A stretch of DNA of 64,000 bases from an uncultured Desulfobacteraceae bacterium. GTDB taxonomy: Bacteria > Desulfobacterota > Desulfobacteria > Desulfobacterales > CAZWAE01. The position numbers were made by a program, and so were the translations under genes. The DNA lies in NCBI GenBank assembly GCA_964631805.1, contig CAZWAE010000001.1:190-64189 (forward strand), read 5' to 3'. Of this stretch, positions 29,974 through 39,221 are shown one piece after another. The first letter of the stretch is position 1, and each line of letters opens with the position of its first letter. The notes below the pieces were generated by a model, which saw only the letters and a list, made by a program, of their open reading frames with translations, had not been told where the DNA came from and did not search any database.

Positions 29974-30858
29974 TCAGTCCCTTTTTTTACCAGTTGAAGT
30001 CGTTGCTGTTTCCCTGAATTGGAAATAAACGATCACACCCAACAGGATGACGGCCACAAACACCCAAACCCAGAAGGTCCTTTTAAACCAGTTTTCCTGT
30101 TCAGCTATCTCGAGGGTAGGCTGGACGATCGCTGTTTGGTGTTGGCCGTCGGCATCGAATTCGAGAAAACAATGCACCGGATAGGTGGCGCCCGATTTAG
30201 CGGTAAAATTGCGCACCCGGAAGATCAGGGTTTCCCTGCCCTTTGCGGGAAGGGTGAATTCAATGCGATCACGATCCGCGGACAACTCACGGGGAACCGA
30301 AAGACGGGCCGTAATACGCCTGGTTTTTTCCGCAAGGTTTCGCACCTCGATTTTCAGGCTGCCCGGCCGGCTCCTAAGGGGTATCCGTGCATTCATCGTC
30401 CGACCGGAAAGCTGCTGATCGACATCGTCACCCACCCGGAAGGTCATTCCGGACGTGGCCGAAAACGGGTAACGGTTGGCGTCGTGGTAATCTAAAAGGA
30501 CACTCAACGGGTATCGTCCGGCTCGAATCCCGGGTTCGTTTTTAGAAAACGTAAAATGAGCGGGAGCATTCACTTCCATCCGCTTGACAACCCGGCTTTT
30601 CAGCGTCTCACCAAAAATGGTGAGAAATACCTGAACGTCGCGGGCGGCCTCATTGCCATGGTTGGTCACGTCGATGGTAACGGAAACCCTTTCGCCGGAC
30701 ACGTTTACGCTCATTTTTGTCGTCATGGATATAGTGCCGGCATGGGCAGGCGTAAATAGGACGCCGGAAAAGGCCATAAGGAGAACCATGCCCGTTAAAA
30801 ACCTTCTGCAAAGGTATTTCTTATGTCTTCGGATGGCGTCGTATTGCTTATCGATCAT
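29974..30858 (-). CDS. exported protein with two beta-sandwich (CARDB/NEW3-like) modules and a C-terminal TM anchor
   Basis: Signal peptide (MVLLMAFSGVLFTPAHAG), two similar ~110-aa segments (VxVxNxG..A..V) and a C-terminal hydrophobic helix WVWVFVAVILLGVIVYF. Confidence 0.45.
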   Translation of the reverse strand: MIDKQYDAIRRHKKYLCRRFLTGMVLLMAFSGVLFTPAHAGTISMTTKMSVNVSGERVSVTIDVTNHGNEAARDVQVFLTIFGETLKSRVVKRMEVNAPAHFTFSKNEPGIRAGRYPLSVLLDYHDANRYPFSATSGMTFRVGDDVDQQLSGRTMNARIPLRSRPGSLKIEVRNLAEKTRRITARLSVPRELSADRDRIEFTLPAKGRETLIFRVRNFTAKSGATYPVHCFLEFDADGQHQTAIVQPTLEIAEQENWFKRTFWVWVFVAVILLGVIVYFQFRETATTSTGKKRD

Positions 30859-30950
30859 TTGCGACGATGCGGATTTTTTATGTTTAAAACCTGCGATAAT
30901 CTGTGCCTGCCCCGTAGTTCCGGTAGATGGTACTGGGTAATCTGCGGATT

Positions 30951-30980
30951 AAAAAAAAAGGACCCGCTGTTGCAGGTCCT
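30951..30980 (-). terminator. Rho-independent terminator after the OM beta-barrel gene
   Basis: Minus strand reads AGGACC-TGCAACAGCG-GGTCCT followed by T9, about 27 nt downstream of the stop at 31007. Confidence 0.7.
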
Positions 30981-31006
30981 TTCTCGATTCTTAGGTGGCA
31001 TTGGGA

Positions 31007-32290
31007 TTAATAGGTCGCGCTGATCTCCAAAGACACGCGATTTTGGTCCGTATCTTCCACCAGTGTCGTCTTGTCCTTTTCGCTTCGGCTGCCCTCGTAT
31101 TGAAGTGTGGCGTTGAGCCATTTTTTGATCTGGTAATCGAGACCGATCTTTCCTGTAAATGTGTCTTCTTCCTGGCCCGGTGTGGCGGCCAGCAATTCGT
31201 TGTAGTCTTTGTGCTCGTAATCCACGCTGAGGTTCAGATTCAGCCGCTCGATGATTCCCTGTTTGAGCGCGACCCCAAAGTTGGTCTTGTTGTACCAGCT
31301 TCTCTGGGCTTCATCCACGGTGTCATAGGAATAGCCCGCCGTTCCTTTGAGTTCCGTTCGCTCCCGCACTTTCCAGGTCAGGTCGATGGAGGTCAGGAAA
31401 TTACCGTCCGGATCATCCTGGGGATTTCCATCCACGTTGGTGTCGTCGTCAAAATCACCGTAACCAAAACCGAACAGCAGATCACCGGTGATCTTTGCAG
31501 AGGGGCTGAAGGTCAGGCCCACCAGGAAATCAAGTGTATCGATATTGTAGGTATTGCCTGAATTGAACCCCCGGGAGGTGGCACCATCTTCCTGTTTGGG
31601 GAAATCGGACTGGGCGTAGGTCACCACGAATTTCACGGCCGTTTTGGGGGTCAGTCCCCAGTAAGTCGTCAGCGCAACAATGTTCTCGTCCTCATCTTCC
31701 CACACATCCTCAAAGGCATCGTAACGAACGGTACGAATGGTATAATCAAGCTGCCCGGCAAACCGGTCGTCAAATGCTTTTCCGTAGCCCGCTGAAAGTT
31801 TAAACGAATTTTCGTACCCTGTTTTCCGATCCCCTTCATCGTCGGCCAGCGTTTCCGTGATGTTGCTGTAGGGGTCCTCATTGTCCTTGTATTCCTCGGC
31901 TACCCCCACCCAGTATTTGGAGGGGAACAAGTAGCCCGCATCCACATTGAACTTCACCTTTGTGTAGTTGTTCTCGTCGTGGTCCGAATAGACCACCGGA
32001 GCAATCTCGATCCCCGTTTTAAAATTCGGTCCCGGTTCATTGGCCTCTTTCATATATTCGAGTGCAAGCCCGCCGGTGATGGTATGGATGACATCATCAT
32101 ATTTTTCAAGCCCCTCGATCTCCGAAAAAATATTGTCGTCGTATTTGACGTTGTATTTGATGGTGGGAACCACTTTTAAGCGTCCCATTTTGATGTTGCC
32201 CTGGGCTTCCGCCGGTCGCGGGCAACACAGCGTGACAGCGAGCAACAACACACCAACCAGGTACAGCGAAGCTTTTGATGTCAGAGTCAT
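31007..32290 (-). CDS. outer-membrane beta-barrel protein (EPS-locus-associated)
   Basis: Signal peptide ending AEAQ, alternating amphipathic beta-strand pattern rich in Y/G/D/T, and a C-terminal LEISATY with terminal aromatic residue. Confidence 0.7.
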   Translation of the reverse strand: MTLTSKASLYLVGVLLLAVTLCCPRPAEAQGNIKMGRLKVVPTIKYNVKYDDNIFSEIEGLEKYDDVIHTITGGLALEYMKEANEPGPNFKTGIEIAPVVYSDHDENNYTKVKFNVDAGYLFPSKYWVGVAEEYKDNEDPYSNITETLADDEGDRKTGYENSFKLSAGYGKAFDDRFAGQLDYTIRTVRYDAFEDVWEDEDENIVALTTYWGLTPKTAVKFVVTYAQSDFPKQEDGATSRGFNSGNTYNIDTLDFLVGLTFSPSAKITGDLLFGFGYGDFDDDTNVDGNPQDDPDGNFLTSIDLTWKVRERTELKGTAGYSYDTVDEAQRSWYNKTNFGVALKQGIIERLNLNLSVDYEHKDYNELLAATPGQEEDTFTGKIGLDYQIKKWLNATLQYEGSRSEKDKTTLVEDTDQNRVSLEISATY

Positions 32291-32503
32291 GGAGATACCC
32301 CTATTCGTTTGTCAGTTTGCTATGCCGTCATCAGGTCATATTCGTACCGAGCGTCCGAACTTAATGCTACGAAACGCCGTGACGGAGACAAACCGGGTGC
32401 AACACCCGGCTAACCATTTAAAATTGTTGTTATGGAACGCCTTCCCCTCCCCTACACCGAGACGGAACGGTTCCCGCCCCGGTGGAATCGCTCTGTCACG
32501 ATA

Positions 32504-35500
32504 TCATTTTCCTGCCAATTCATCGGCCATCAGCACTGCCAACCGCTCATCGTCGTCGATATGACCGGTGTAGGGTGTTGTTGTTGGTGCACTCGTCGTG
32601 GTGGTTGTTACGGTCGTGGCCGTTGTAGCCGTTGTAGCCGTTGTGACTGTTGTAGCCGTTGTAGCCGTTGTGGCTGTTGTAGCCGTTGTGGCTGTTGTAG
32701 CCGTTGTGGCCGTTGGCGGCGGCGCATCTGTTGGCGGCGGCGCATCCGTCGGCAGCGGCGCATCCGTAGGCAGTGGCGCATCCGTCGGCAGTGGCGCATC
32801 CGTCGGCAGCGGCGCATCCGTCGGCAGCGGCGCATCCGTCGGCAGCGGTGCATCTGTCGGCAGCGGCGCATCCGTCGGCGGCAGATCGGTGCTCTGGACA
32901 ATCTGCTCGGTGTTGGTGGTTATGACATTAGTGGTCGATTCGGCCGTCTGTTGAGCGGTATCGGCTTGTTGGGTGACCTGATCGGCCAATGCCTGAGCAT
33001 CTGCTTCGTTCGTGGCAGTAGCAGCCTGGGTCGCCAACTGATTGGCACTGTCGGCAGCCTGTGTGGCCTGTTGTGCGGTTGTCGCGGCCGTATTGGCTGC
33101 GGCAGTCGCCTGTTGTGCCGTGTTGGTATCGCCGACGGCCTGGGCGGATGCCGCAAATGAATTGGCATCTGCCACAGCGGCATTGGCTTCCGCTGACGCA
33201 GCGGCGGCCCGGGCTGCTTCTGCCGCAGCCTGGGCGCCGGCTTCTGTTGGGGCCGTGGCAGCCGCAGTCGCTATGTTAGATGCCGTATTTGCAGCGGTTT
33301 GAGCCTGGTTGGCGGCGGTCTGCGTTGCAGCGACAGCGGTCTGAGCGGCGGCGGCGGCTTCGGTATTGCCGGCAGCCTGTGCAAATGCCACATCCGAATT
33401 GGCCTCGGCCGTGGCAGCGGTGGCCTCGGCTGCCGCAGCGGACGCCTGGGCGGCGGCAGCCGCCGCATCAGCGGCAGCACCGGTAGCGGTGGCCGCCGTC
33501 TGGGCCTGGGTGTCGGCTGTTGCGGCTACCGTTTGGGCCTGGGTAGCAGCGGTGGCCGCATTGTCAGCCGCAGCCTGGGCGGCAGCGGCGGCAGCAGTAT
33601 TACCTTCCGCCTGAGCAGCAGCTACGTTGGCGTTGGCATCAGCGGTCGCCGCATTGGCCTGAGCGGCAGCAGCAGATGCCTGGGCGGCGGCGGCGGCGGC
33701 TTCCGCTGCAGCGCCGGTGGCCGTGGCGGCCGTTGTGGCCTGTGTATTGGCGGTTTCAGCAACCGTCTGGGCCTGGGTGGCTGCTTGAGCTGCATTGTTC
33801 GCAGCCGTCTGGGCGGCGGCGGCGGCAGTAGTATCGCCTTCGGCCTGGGCCGTGGCGACGTTGGCGTTGGCATCGGCCGTGGCCGCATTGGCCTGGGCGG
33901 CGGCGGCGGAGGCCTGGGCGGCAGCAGCGGCAGCTTCCGCTGCTGCACCGGTGGCCGTGGCGGCCGTGGTGGCCTGGGTGCTGGCGGTATCAGCCGCGGT
34001 CTGGGCCTGGGTGGCCGTGTTGATGGCGGCATCGGCGGCCGTCTGGGCGGCCTGGGCCTGTTCCGCCTGGCCGGTGGCCGCAGCGGTGGCGACTTCCGTC
34101 GTCGCCTCTGCAGCAGAAGCGTTGGCTTGGGCAGCAGAAGAAGCGGCCTGAGCAGCGGCAGCAGCCGCATCAGCAGCGGCCGTGTTTCCGGTCGCAACAG
34201 CCTGCTCAACCACAGCTACTTGCTGCTGGGCGGTCTGGGCAGCTGCGGTTGCCTGGCTGGCGGCAGTGGCGGCCTGCGCGGCGGCGGCACTGGCAGCGGC
34301 CGCCTCATCGGGGTTACCCGAAGCAGCGGCGACGTTGGCCTGGGCTGAAGCAACGGTTGCCTGGGCGGCAGCGGCTTGAGCGGCTGCCCAGGCAGCGGCC
34401 GCCGCTGCCTGGGCGGCTACAGTGGAAACACCCGACCGGGTCGCAACCCTCGCAGCTTCCTGGACCGCTTGATACCTGTTATTGGCTTCCTGAAGAGCAC
34501 TCTGAGCGTTGTTCAATGCAGCCTGGGCGGCAGCGAGTTGGGCATTGGTCTCCTGGGCATATGCCGTGGCAATCAAGCTGGAATAGGCATTGGCCAGCCA
34601 GGCCAGAATCGAATCCAGGGTGTTCTGCCTGTAGGATATGGTTTTGCCTTCGATCTTCCGGTTGAACCGCAGGGCTTCTTCCACACCGGCTTCAGCGGCG
34701 GTTACACCGGCAGAGGCCGTGGTCCGAGCGGCTTCGGCCTTGGTTTTAGCCAGTTCCGCACGGTGTGCAGGTGCTTTTCGGTTTAGTTTTTTGGCTCGAT
34801 CCTTAGCGGCATTATCCAATTGCGTTGCCTGGGTCTGGGTCCCCAAGGCTTTTTGTGCGGCCTGCTGGAAGGGCAGTTTCTCCACCTGGGGATCACCGGC
34901 CGGCAATTCCGATACCGGTACGGCCACATCCGAGGCTTTCATCTGCTGATCCTTAGGCACGGTGATTTTTTGACCACCGGTTACATCCGCGTCCCCAATC
35001 ACATCATAAGAGGTGCTGCCGTCACCGGTCACTTCAATGGGAAAATCGGTTCCCCGGATGGCGGCCACCATGGTGGGGGTCCTGACATTGAATTTAGGTC
35101 CGGTCTTTTTGCGCTTGATGTTGAACATGATCTTGCCGAGCAGTACATCGACACGGCGCGACACGACCTTGCCCCTGGAGAACAGTCCGCGTTTTTCCCG
35201 TTTCTGATTCAAGGTGATGTTGGCATTCACATCCAAACGCATCTCACTGCCGTCCACCATGCGGACCTCCGCCCGTCCGCTGGTGGTAACGATTTTATCG
35301 GAGTTGTAGACGGGAAAAGGCACTTTTTTCAGTTTGCCCCATTTACCCTTGGAGCGTACCACCACATTTCCGGTGTAACTGACAATATCACCGATTTTGG
35401 CAGAGGTTCCGGAATCTTTCTGAGCGTTGGCGTCCGTCTGGTAAACAAAAGCATGAAACGGAAAAATCATGCTTAATGCGATCACATAAACCAGTATCCT

Positions 35501-35509
35501 TTTTCCCAT
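32504..35509 (-). CDS. secreted FecR-domain protein with a giant Ala/Thr/Gln-rich repeat region, (PTDAPL)n and (TTA)n repeats
   Basis: Signal peptide plus a FecR domain (GDIVSYTGNVVVRS...RAEVRMVDGSEMRL...TPTMVAAIRGTDF). A low-complexity region of ~650 aa follows, with a 78-aa periodicity. Then come 7x PTDAPL + 2x PTDAPP, a TTA/TTV run, and the short tail TTPYTGHIDDDERLAVLMADELAGK. Confidence 0.8.
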   Translation of the reverse strand: MGKRILVYVIALSMIFPFHAFVYQTDANAQKDSGTSAKIGDIVSYTGNVVVRSKGKWGKLKKVPFPVYNSDKIVTTSGRAEVRMVDGSEMRLDVNANITLNQKREKRGLFSRGKVVSRRVDVLLGKIMFNIKRKKTGPKFNVRTPTMVAAIRGTDFPIEVTGDGSTSYDVIGDADVTGGQKITVPKDQQMKASDVAVPVSELPAGDPQVEKLPFQQAAQKALGTQTQATQLDNAAKDRAKKLNRKAPAHRAELAKTKAEAARTTASAGVTAAEAGVEEALRFNRKIEGKTISYRQNTLDSILAWLANAYSSLIATAYAQETNAQLAAAQAALNNAQSALQEANNRYQAVQEAARVATRSGVSTVAAQAAAAAAWAAAQAAAAQATVASAQANVAAASGNPDEAAAASAAAAQAATAASQATAAAQTAQQQVAVVEQAVATGNTAAADAAAAAAQAASSAAQANASAAEATTEVATAAATGQAEQAQAAQTAADAAINTATQAQTAADTASTQATTAATATGAAAEAAAAAAQASAAAAQANAATADANANVATAQAEGDTTAAAAAQTAANNAAQAATQAQTVAETANTQATTAATATGAAAEAAAAAAQASAAAAQANAATADANANVAAAQAEGNTAAAAAAQAAADNAATAATQAQTVAATADTQAQTAATATGAAADAAAAAAQASAAAAEATAATAEANSDVAFAQAAGNTEAAAAAQTAVAATQTAANQAQTAANTASNIATAAATAPTEAGAQAAAEAARAAAASAEANAAVADANSFAASAQAVGDTNTAQQATAAANTAATTAQQATQAADSANQLATQAATATNEADAQALADQVTQQADTAQQTAESTTNVITTNTEQIVQSTDLPPTDAPLPTDAPLPTDAPLPTDAPLPTDAPLPTDAPLPTDAPLPTDAPPPTDAPPPTATTATTATTATTATTATTATTVTTATTATTATTVTTTTTSAPTTTPYTGHIDDDERLAVLMADELAGK
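32600..32714. repeat. 9-bp coding tandem repeat (gttgtRgcY)n encoding (TTA/TTV)n
   Basis: About 12 consecutive 9-bp units seen directly, in frame within CDS 32504-35509. Confidence 0.85.
32715..32876. repeat. 18-bp coding tandem repeat x9 encoding PTDAPL/PTDAPP
   Basis: Nine units of ggcRgYggYgcatcYgtN counted from 32715 to 32876, in frame within the CDS. Confidence 0.9.
33000..34200. repeat. 234-bp (78-aa) coding tandem repeats, ~4-5 copies with decaying identity
   Basis: acgttggcgttggcatc recurs at 33624 and 33858 (234-bp offset). The protein unit is ATADANANVA..TATGAAAEAAAAAAQASAAAAQANA. Confidence 0.8.
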
Positions 35510-35875
35510 TCTTCCTTCTCCTTATTTAGGTAAAGAGATGATTTGCTCGTATTGAAAATGGCAACCGACTTGGGTTGTTGATGACAGGTACCGAATATTG
35601 CACTGCGCAGGTTAGAGAGTTTAGGTAGAACCCAATAGCAGCCCTAAACGGAACGCAACACTCTAAATCTATTAACTATATCGGACTTAAAAGCACTACA
35701 AGAAGATAAAATAACTCAAACCTTTAAAATTTCTCTCATATTTTCGGGCAATTGTCAAATTTTTTTTCTCCCTGGCCAGGAGTTTACCGACCGGAAACGG
35801 GCGCGTCGCATTCCATGAACCATTCCGAAACCCCAAACCGCTTCCAATCCGACACGCCACAACGGATTTCGCCCG

Positions 35876-38125
35876 TCAGGAATTTGTTACCACCCACTGC
35901 AACACGCGCTTTTGAAGCGCCTCGTTCTCAGGCGGTACGATTCCCAGAATAACGGTATCATCCGGATAGTATTCCCGCACCCGTCTGGCAGCCTTTTTCC
36001 AGGATTCGGGCTTTAATCGGAGCGACCGTTGGAAAAGATCCTGGAATTTGCGGATCCCTTCCTGCCGGGTGCGGACACTCCCCCCTGTTTCACCTGCTGT
36101 TTCTGGTTCGGTTTCGGGCAACAGATGCGCCCGCCATACCCAGTACCATGCACTGCTCATCAACAAATCCGGTTTCATCGGCGCCCACCGAGCCGCCGCA
36201 TCGAAACAGCGGTCCGCCGCCGGAAGCCAGCGTTCCATATAGTGGTAGGGATCATAGGTTTTGTAAGATAACCGATAACCCAGGTCATGCCATACATTGG
36301 CCAAAGTGGGGTTGAGAGAAAGGGTGTGGCGGAAAGCGGAAATCGCCTGTTCATTGATACGGTGTCGCGCTGTTTCCCCGGCGGCACCCATGGCGGCATA
36401 GGTGAGCGCACGGCGGAGATGATTTTCCGCATTGCCGGGTGCATATGAAAGTGCTGTTTCAACCGCCTCAGGATCCGGGTTCCAGTTGAGATTCAGAGTG
36501 GAGTTCCATTCCGTGGGACTGTGGATCTCGGATATAAAATGTCGGCCGGTGGCAATGATGGCACCCCCCAAACCCAGTAAAACCACCGCCCCGGCAACGA
36601 TGCGAACCGGCATTGCAGGCCGGATGGTTCGTTTCGCATAAAAAAACCGCTCCAGGTATCCCTTTCGTTGACGATGTACGACCACAAATCCGACTCCCGA
36701 AAGGGCAGAGAGGGTCAACGGTGTGGCGGGGATGTGCATGTTTATATCCATAAAACCGTAAAACCCCATGGACAGGAGCGCGCCCATAACCCCTGCACCG
36801 ATGCCCATGGCAAAACGATCCGATCGAGACCGCCAAACCCGGAAAATACCGACCCAAATACCCACAAAAAGGCCGATGAAGATCAGCAGACCGGCTATCC
36901 CGGTATCACAGCCGGATTCGATCCAGTCGTTGTGAGCATGTCCGCTGGAACTCACCTTATCCTTTTGATCCGCCATGTATCGTGGATAAAGATACCGGAA
37001 ATTCCCGCCCCCTACGCCCAAAACCGGATATTCTCCGATCATTGGCAGGATTTCACGGACCGTCTCCCGCCGAACATCCGACCTATTTTCCCCCTTATCA
37101 GGTGATGCGTTATGTCCGATGCCCAGATACATCCCGAAGCCAAGCAACGTCAGGCAGAAAAGCACCGGCGCAACATGCCGCCATCGGAAATAACGATGAA
37201 AGCCCACGATTCCCACTCCGGCAAACAGCGCTGCGGTCATCGATAGGATGCCCTCACGGGACCCGGACAGAAAAATCGCTAAACCCATAAAAATGGCAGC
37301 AAACAAAAGTATCCTTGTCCCTGGGTCGGCCGCTTCAGGCGCAAACCAGGCAACCACCCGCTGCACCAGCACCCGGCGCCCCCCCAATCCGGACACCATT
37401 CGCTTTTGTTTGGGCTGCCGGGCCACCATGCACCCCAGTGTCAGCAAAAGGGCCATCAGCAGATACCCTGCATAATGATTGGGTGCAATATAGGTGCCCG
37501 TGGCCCGGCCGGAAAACCGTGCATGCACCCACCACCATACACGCGGGGAATCGCTGGCAAGCTGATAGAATCCATAAATCGATTCGAAAAAGCCGACGGC
37601 AACAAGGGTGTAGACCATGCCCATTATTCGCTTTTTTGACGTGACCGTATGGACCACCAGAAAAAACATCCCCGCGCAGGACAATAGCTTCAGCCCCATC
37701 AGACGGACCGGATACCGGTAATAGGCGATACTGGTCCAGGTCGGGGGCCCGGCGCCGACCCCGGCCCCGTCAAGGGCCTGGTGCATCATCAATTTATCGG
37801 CATATCCCTTGGGGGAAAGAAACGCCACCCATGAGGCGGGCAGCGGCATCCATTGTATTCCAAATAGCAGGATCAGTAGAATCACCGGCAAACTTACAGG
37901 CGTTTTTATCCAGACTACAAAACCGTCTTTGTTCAAAAAAAAACGGTCCAACACCCACGTCCCCAGGAGACTGAACACCAGCACCTGAATTACGGAATAG
38001 GCCCATACATGGACGGATCCAAAGGCCAGCGGCGCAAACAACAACAAAAACAGGAGGCCGGCGTAAATAATCCGGTCGCAGGTTTTGGCCGGCTGGTTCA
38101 GGGGGATGAATTGCGAATTTTTCAA
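35876..38125 (-). CDS. Wzy_C (O-antigen ligase/polymerase-like) membrane protein with C-terminal TPR domain, paralog 1
   Basis: 749 aa with ~12 TMs and a Wzy_C core (GSREGIL...PVLGVGGGNF...GHAHNDWIESGCDTGIAG). A C-terminal soluble TPR-like region of ~230 aa follows. Confidence 0.8.
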   Translation of the reverse strand: MKNSQFIPLNQPAKTCDRIIYAGLLFLLLFAPLAFGSVHVWAYSVIQVLVFSLLGTWVLDRFFLNKDGFVVWIKTPVSLPVILLILLFGIQWMPLPASWVAFLSPKGYADKLMMHQALDGAGVGAGPPTWTSIAYYRYPVRLMGLKLLSCAGMFFLVVHTVTSKKRIMGMVYTLVAVGFFESIYGFYQLASDSPRVWWWVHARFSGRATGTYIAPNHYAGYLLMALLLTLGCMVARQPKQKRMVSGLGGRRVLVQRVVAWFAPEAADPGTRILLFAAIFMGLAIFLSGSREGILSMTAALFAGVGIVGFHRYFRWRHVAPVLFCLTLLGFGMYLGIGHNASPDKGENRSDVRRETVREILPMIGEYPVLGVGGGNFRYLYPRYMADQKDKVSSSGHAHNDWIESGCDTGIAGLLIFIGLFVGIWVGIFRVWRSRSDRFAMGIGAGVMGALLSMGFYGFMDINMHIPATPLTLSALSGVGFVVVHRQRKGYLERFFYAKRTIRPAMPVRIVAGAVVLLGLGGAIIATGRHFISEIHSPTEWNSTLNLNWNPDPEAVETALSYAPGNAENHLRRALTYAAMGAAGETARHRINEQAISAFRHTLSLNPTLANVWHDLGYRLSYKTYDPYHYMERWLPAADRCFDAAARWAPMKPDLLMSSAWYWVWRAHLLPETEPETAGETGGSVRTRQEGIRKFQDLFQRSLRLKPESWKKAARRVREYYPDDTVILGIVPPENEALQKRVLQWVVTNS

Positions 38126-38228
38126 GGTGTGAGAATTTTAAATAAGCCTTTAAGCGAAATGTAAGTTTTAAGGTTTTTTCCCAAAATGTCGTAAAGCCGA
38201 ACGGTTGAGGTGGCCCGAAGTTAAATAT

Positions 38229-39206
38229 TCATGTCATCCTTTTCCCATGACCCTCAGATACTTCAGGCAGGCTCATCTCTGCAACCAGATAATTGGGGCG
38301 CCGCTTGACCTCCATGAAGGTTTTTCCGATATATTCACCACATAGGCCTATAAAAATCAGCTGAATACCACCCAGCAAATATACCCCGGCCATGACCGAA
38401 AGCCAGCCGGAAACGGCTTTTGTGGTAAAGAATTTGATACACAACGCATACAAAACGTATGAAAAACTGGAAAGCGCGATGACAACACCGGCGATAGCCG
38501 CCGCACGTAATGGGAAAACAGTAAACGCCGTGATCCCGTTTACTGCGAGACTCAACATTTTTCTCAGTGAATATTTGCTCTTTCCCATATATCGAGGTGA
38601 TGGGGTATATGGAATCTCGTATTGTCTGAATCCCAGCCATGCGATCAGCCCCCTGTAGAAAATCGTACTCTCGTTAAAACGCTTGAGGGAGTCCACCACT
38701 TTCCTGTCCATGAGCCTGAAATCCGCCGCGCCATGCTTGAGATCGAAGTCCGTTAGTTTATTCAGCAAGCGATAGTACCATCCGGCAGATTTTCGCTTGA
38801 GTCTCGAGAAATCCTTAGCATCGCGTCGGGTCGTAAACACAACATCATAGCCCTCCTGCCATTTTTTCAGCATTTCTGGGATCAGATCAGCCGGATGCTG
38901 CAAGTCACCGTCCATGGTGATCACGGCATCACCGGAACTCCAGTCCAATCCGGCCCGGATGGCATTCTGGTGGCCGAAGTTCCTGGAAAAGGAAATAAAG
39001 TATATATTCGGTTTGGCAGCTGATGCTGCTTTGATGATCTCAAGGGTTCTGTCAACACTCCCATCATCAACGAACAAGATATCGTAGCTTATCTCAATAT
39101 CGTCGAGAATGGCCAGTGCATCAATGGCCGCTGAAATATTTTCCTCCTCATTAAAAACCGGAATGACGACTGTGGCCTTCTGTACTTTTGGATTTTCCAT
39201 ATGCAC
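38229..39206 (-). CDS. family 2 glycosyltransferase, polyprenyl-phosphate sugar synthase type (ArnC/DPM1-like) with C-terminal TMs
   Basis: VVIPVFNEEENI...FVDDGSVDRT...DGDLQHP motifs and two C-terminal TM helices. The likely true start is the ATG at 39200; the ORF-track start is a GTG at 39206. Confidence 0.88.
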   Translation of the reverse strand: MHMENPKVQKATVVIPVFNEEENISAAIDALAILDDIEISYDILFVDDGSVDRTLEIIKAASAAKPNIYFISFSRNFGHQNAIRAGLDWSSGDAVITMDGDLQHPADLIPEMLKKWQEGYDVVFTTRRDAKDFSRLKRKSAGWYYRLLNKLTDFDLKHGAADFRLMDRKVVDSLKRFNESTIFYRGLIAWLGFRQYEIPYTPSPRYMGKSKYSLRKMLSLAVNGITAFTVFPLRAAAIAGVVIALSSFSYVLYALCIKFFTTKAVSGWLSVMAGVYLLGGIQLIFIGLCGEYIGKTFMEVKRRPNYLVAEMSLPEVSEGHGKRMT

Positions 39207-39221
39207 GCCTTCGCCCGGCTA

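Noticed and set aside
32715-32876. A regular 18-bp repeat array that superficially looks like a CRISPR or minisatellite.
   Set aside because: The units are contiguous with no spacers. They are in frame and encode PTDAPL/PTDAPP inside a long CDS.
32432-34786. Numerous long plus-strand and alternative-frame ORFs (e.g. 33299-34348, 349 aa; 32432-33160, 242 aa; 33622-34209 on the minus strand in another frame).
   Set aside because: They are by-products of the GC-rich, stop-poor Ala-codon repeats. Their products are R/G/C- or P/R-rich low complexity with no start context. The minus-strand frame 32504-35509 has a signal peptide and a bona fide FecR domain.
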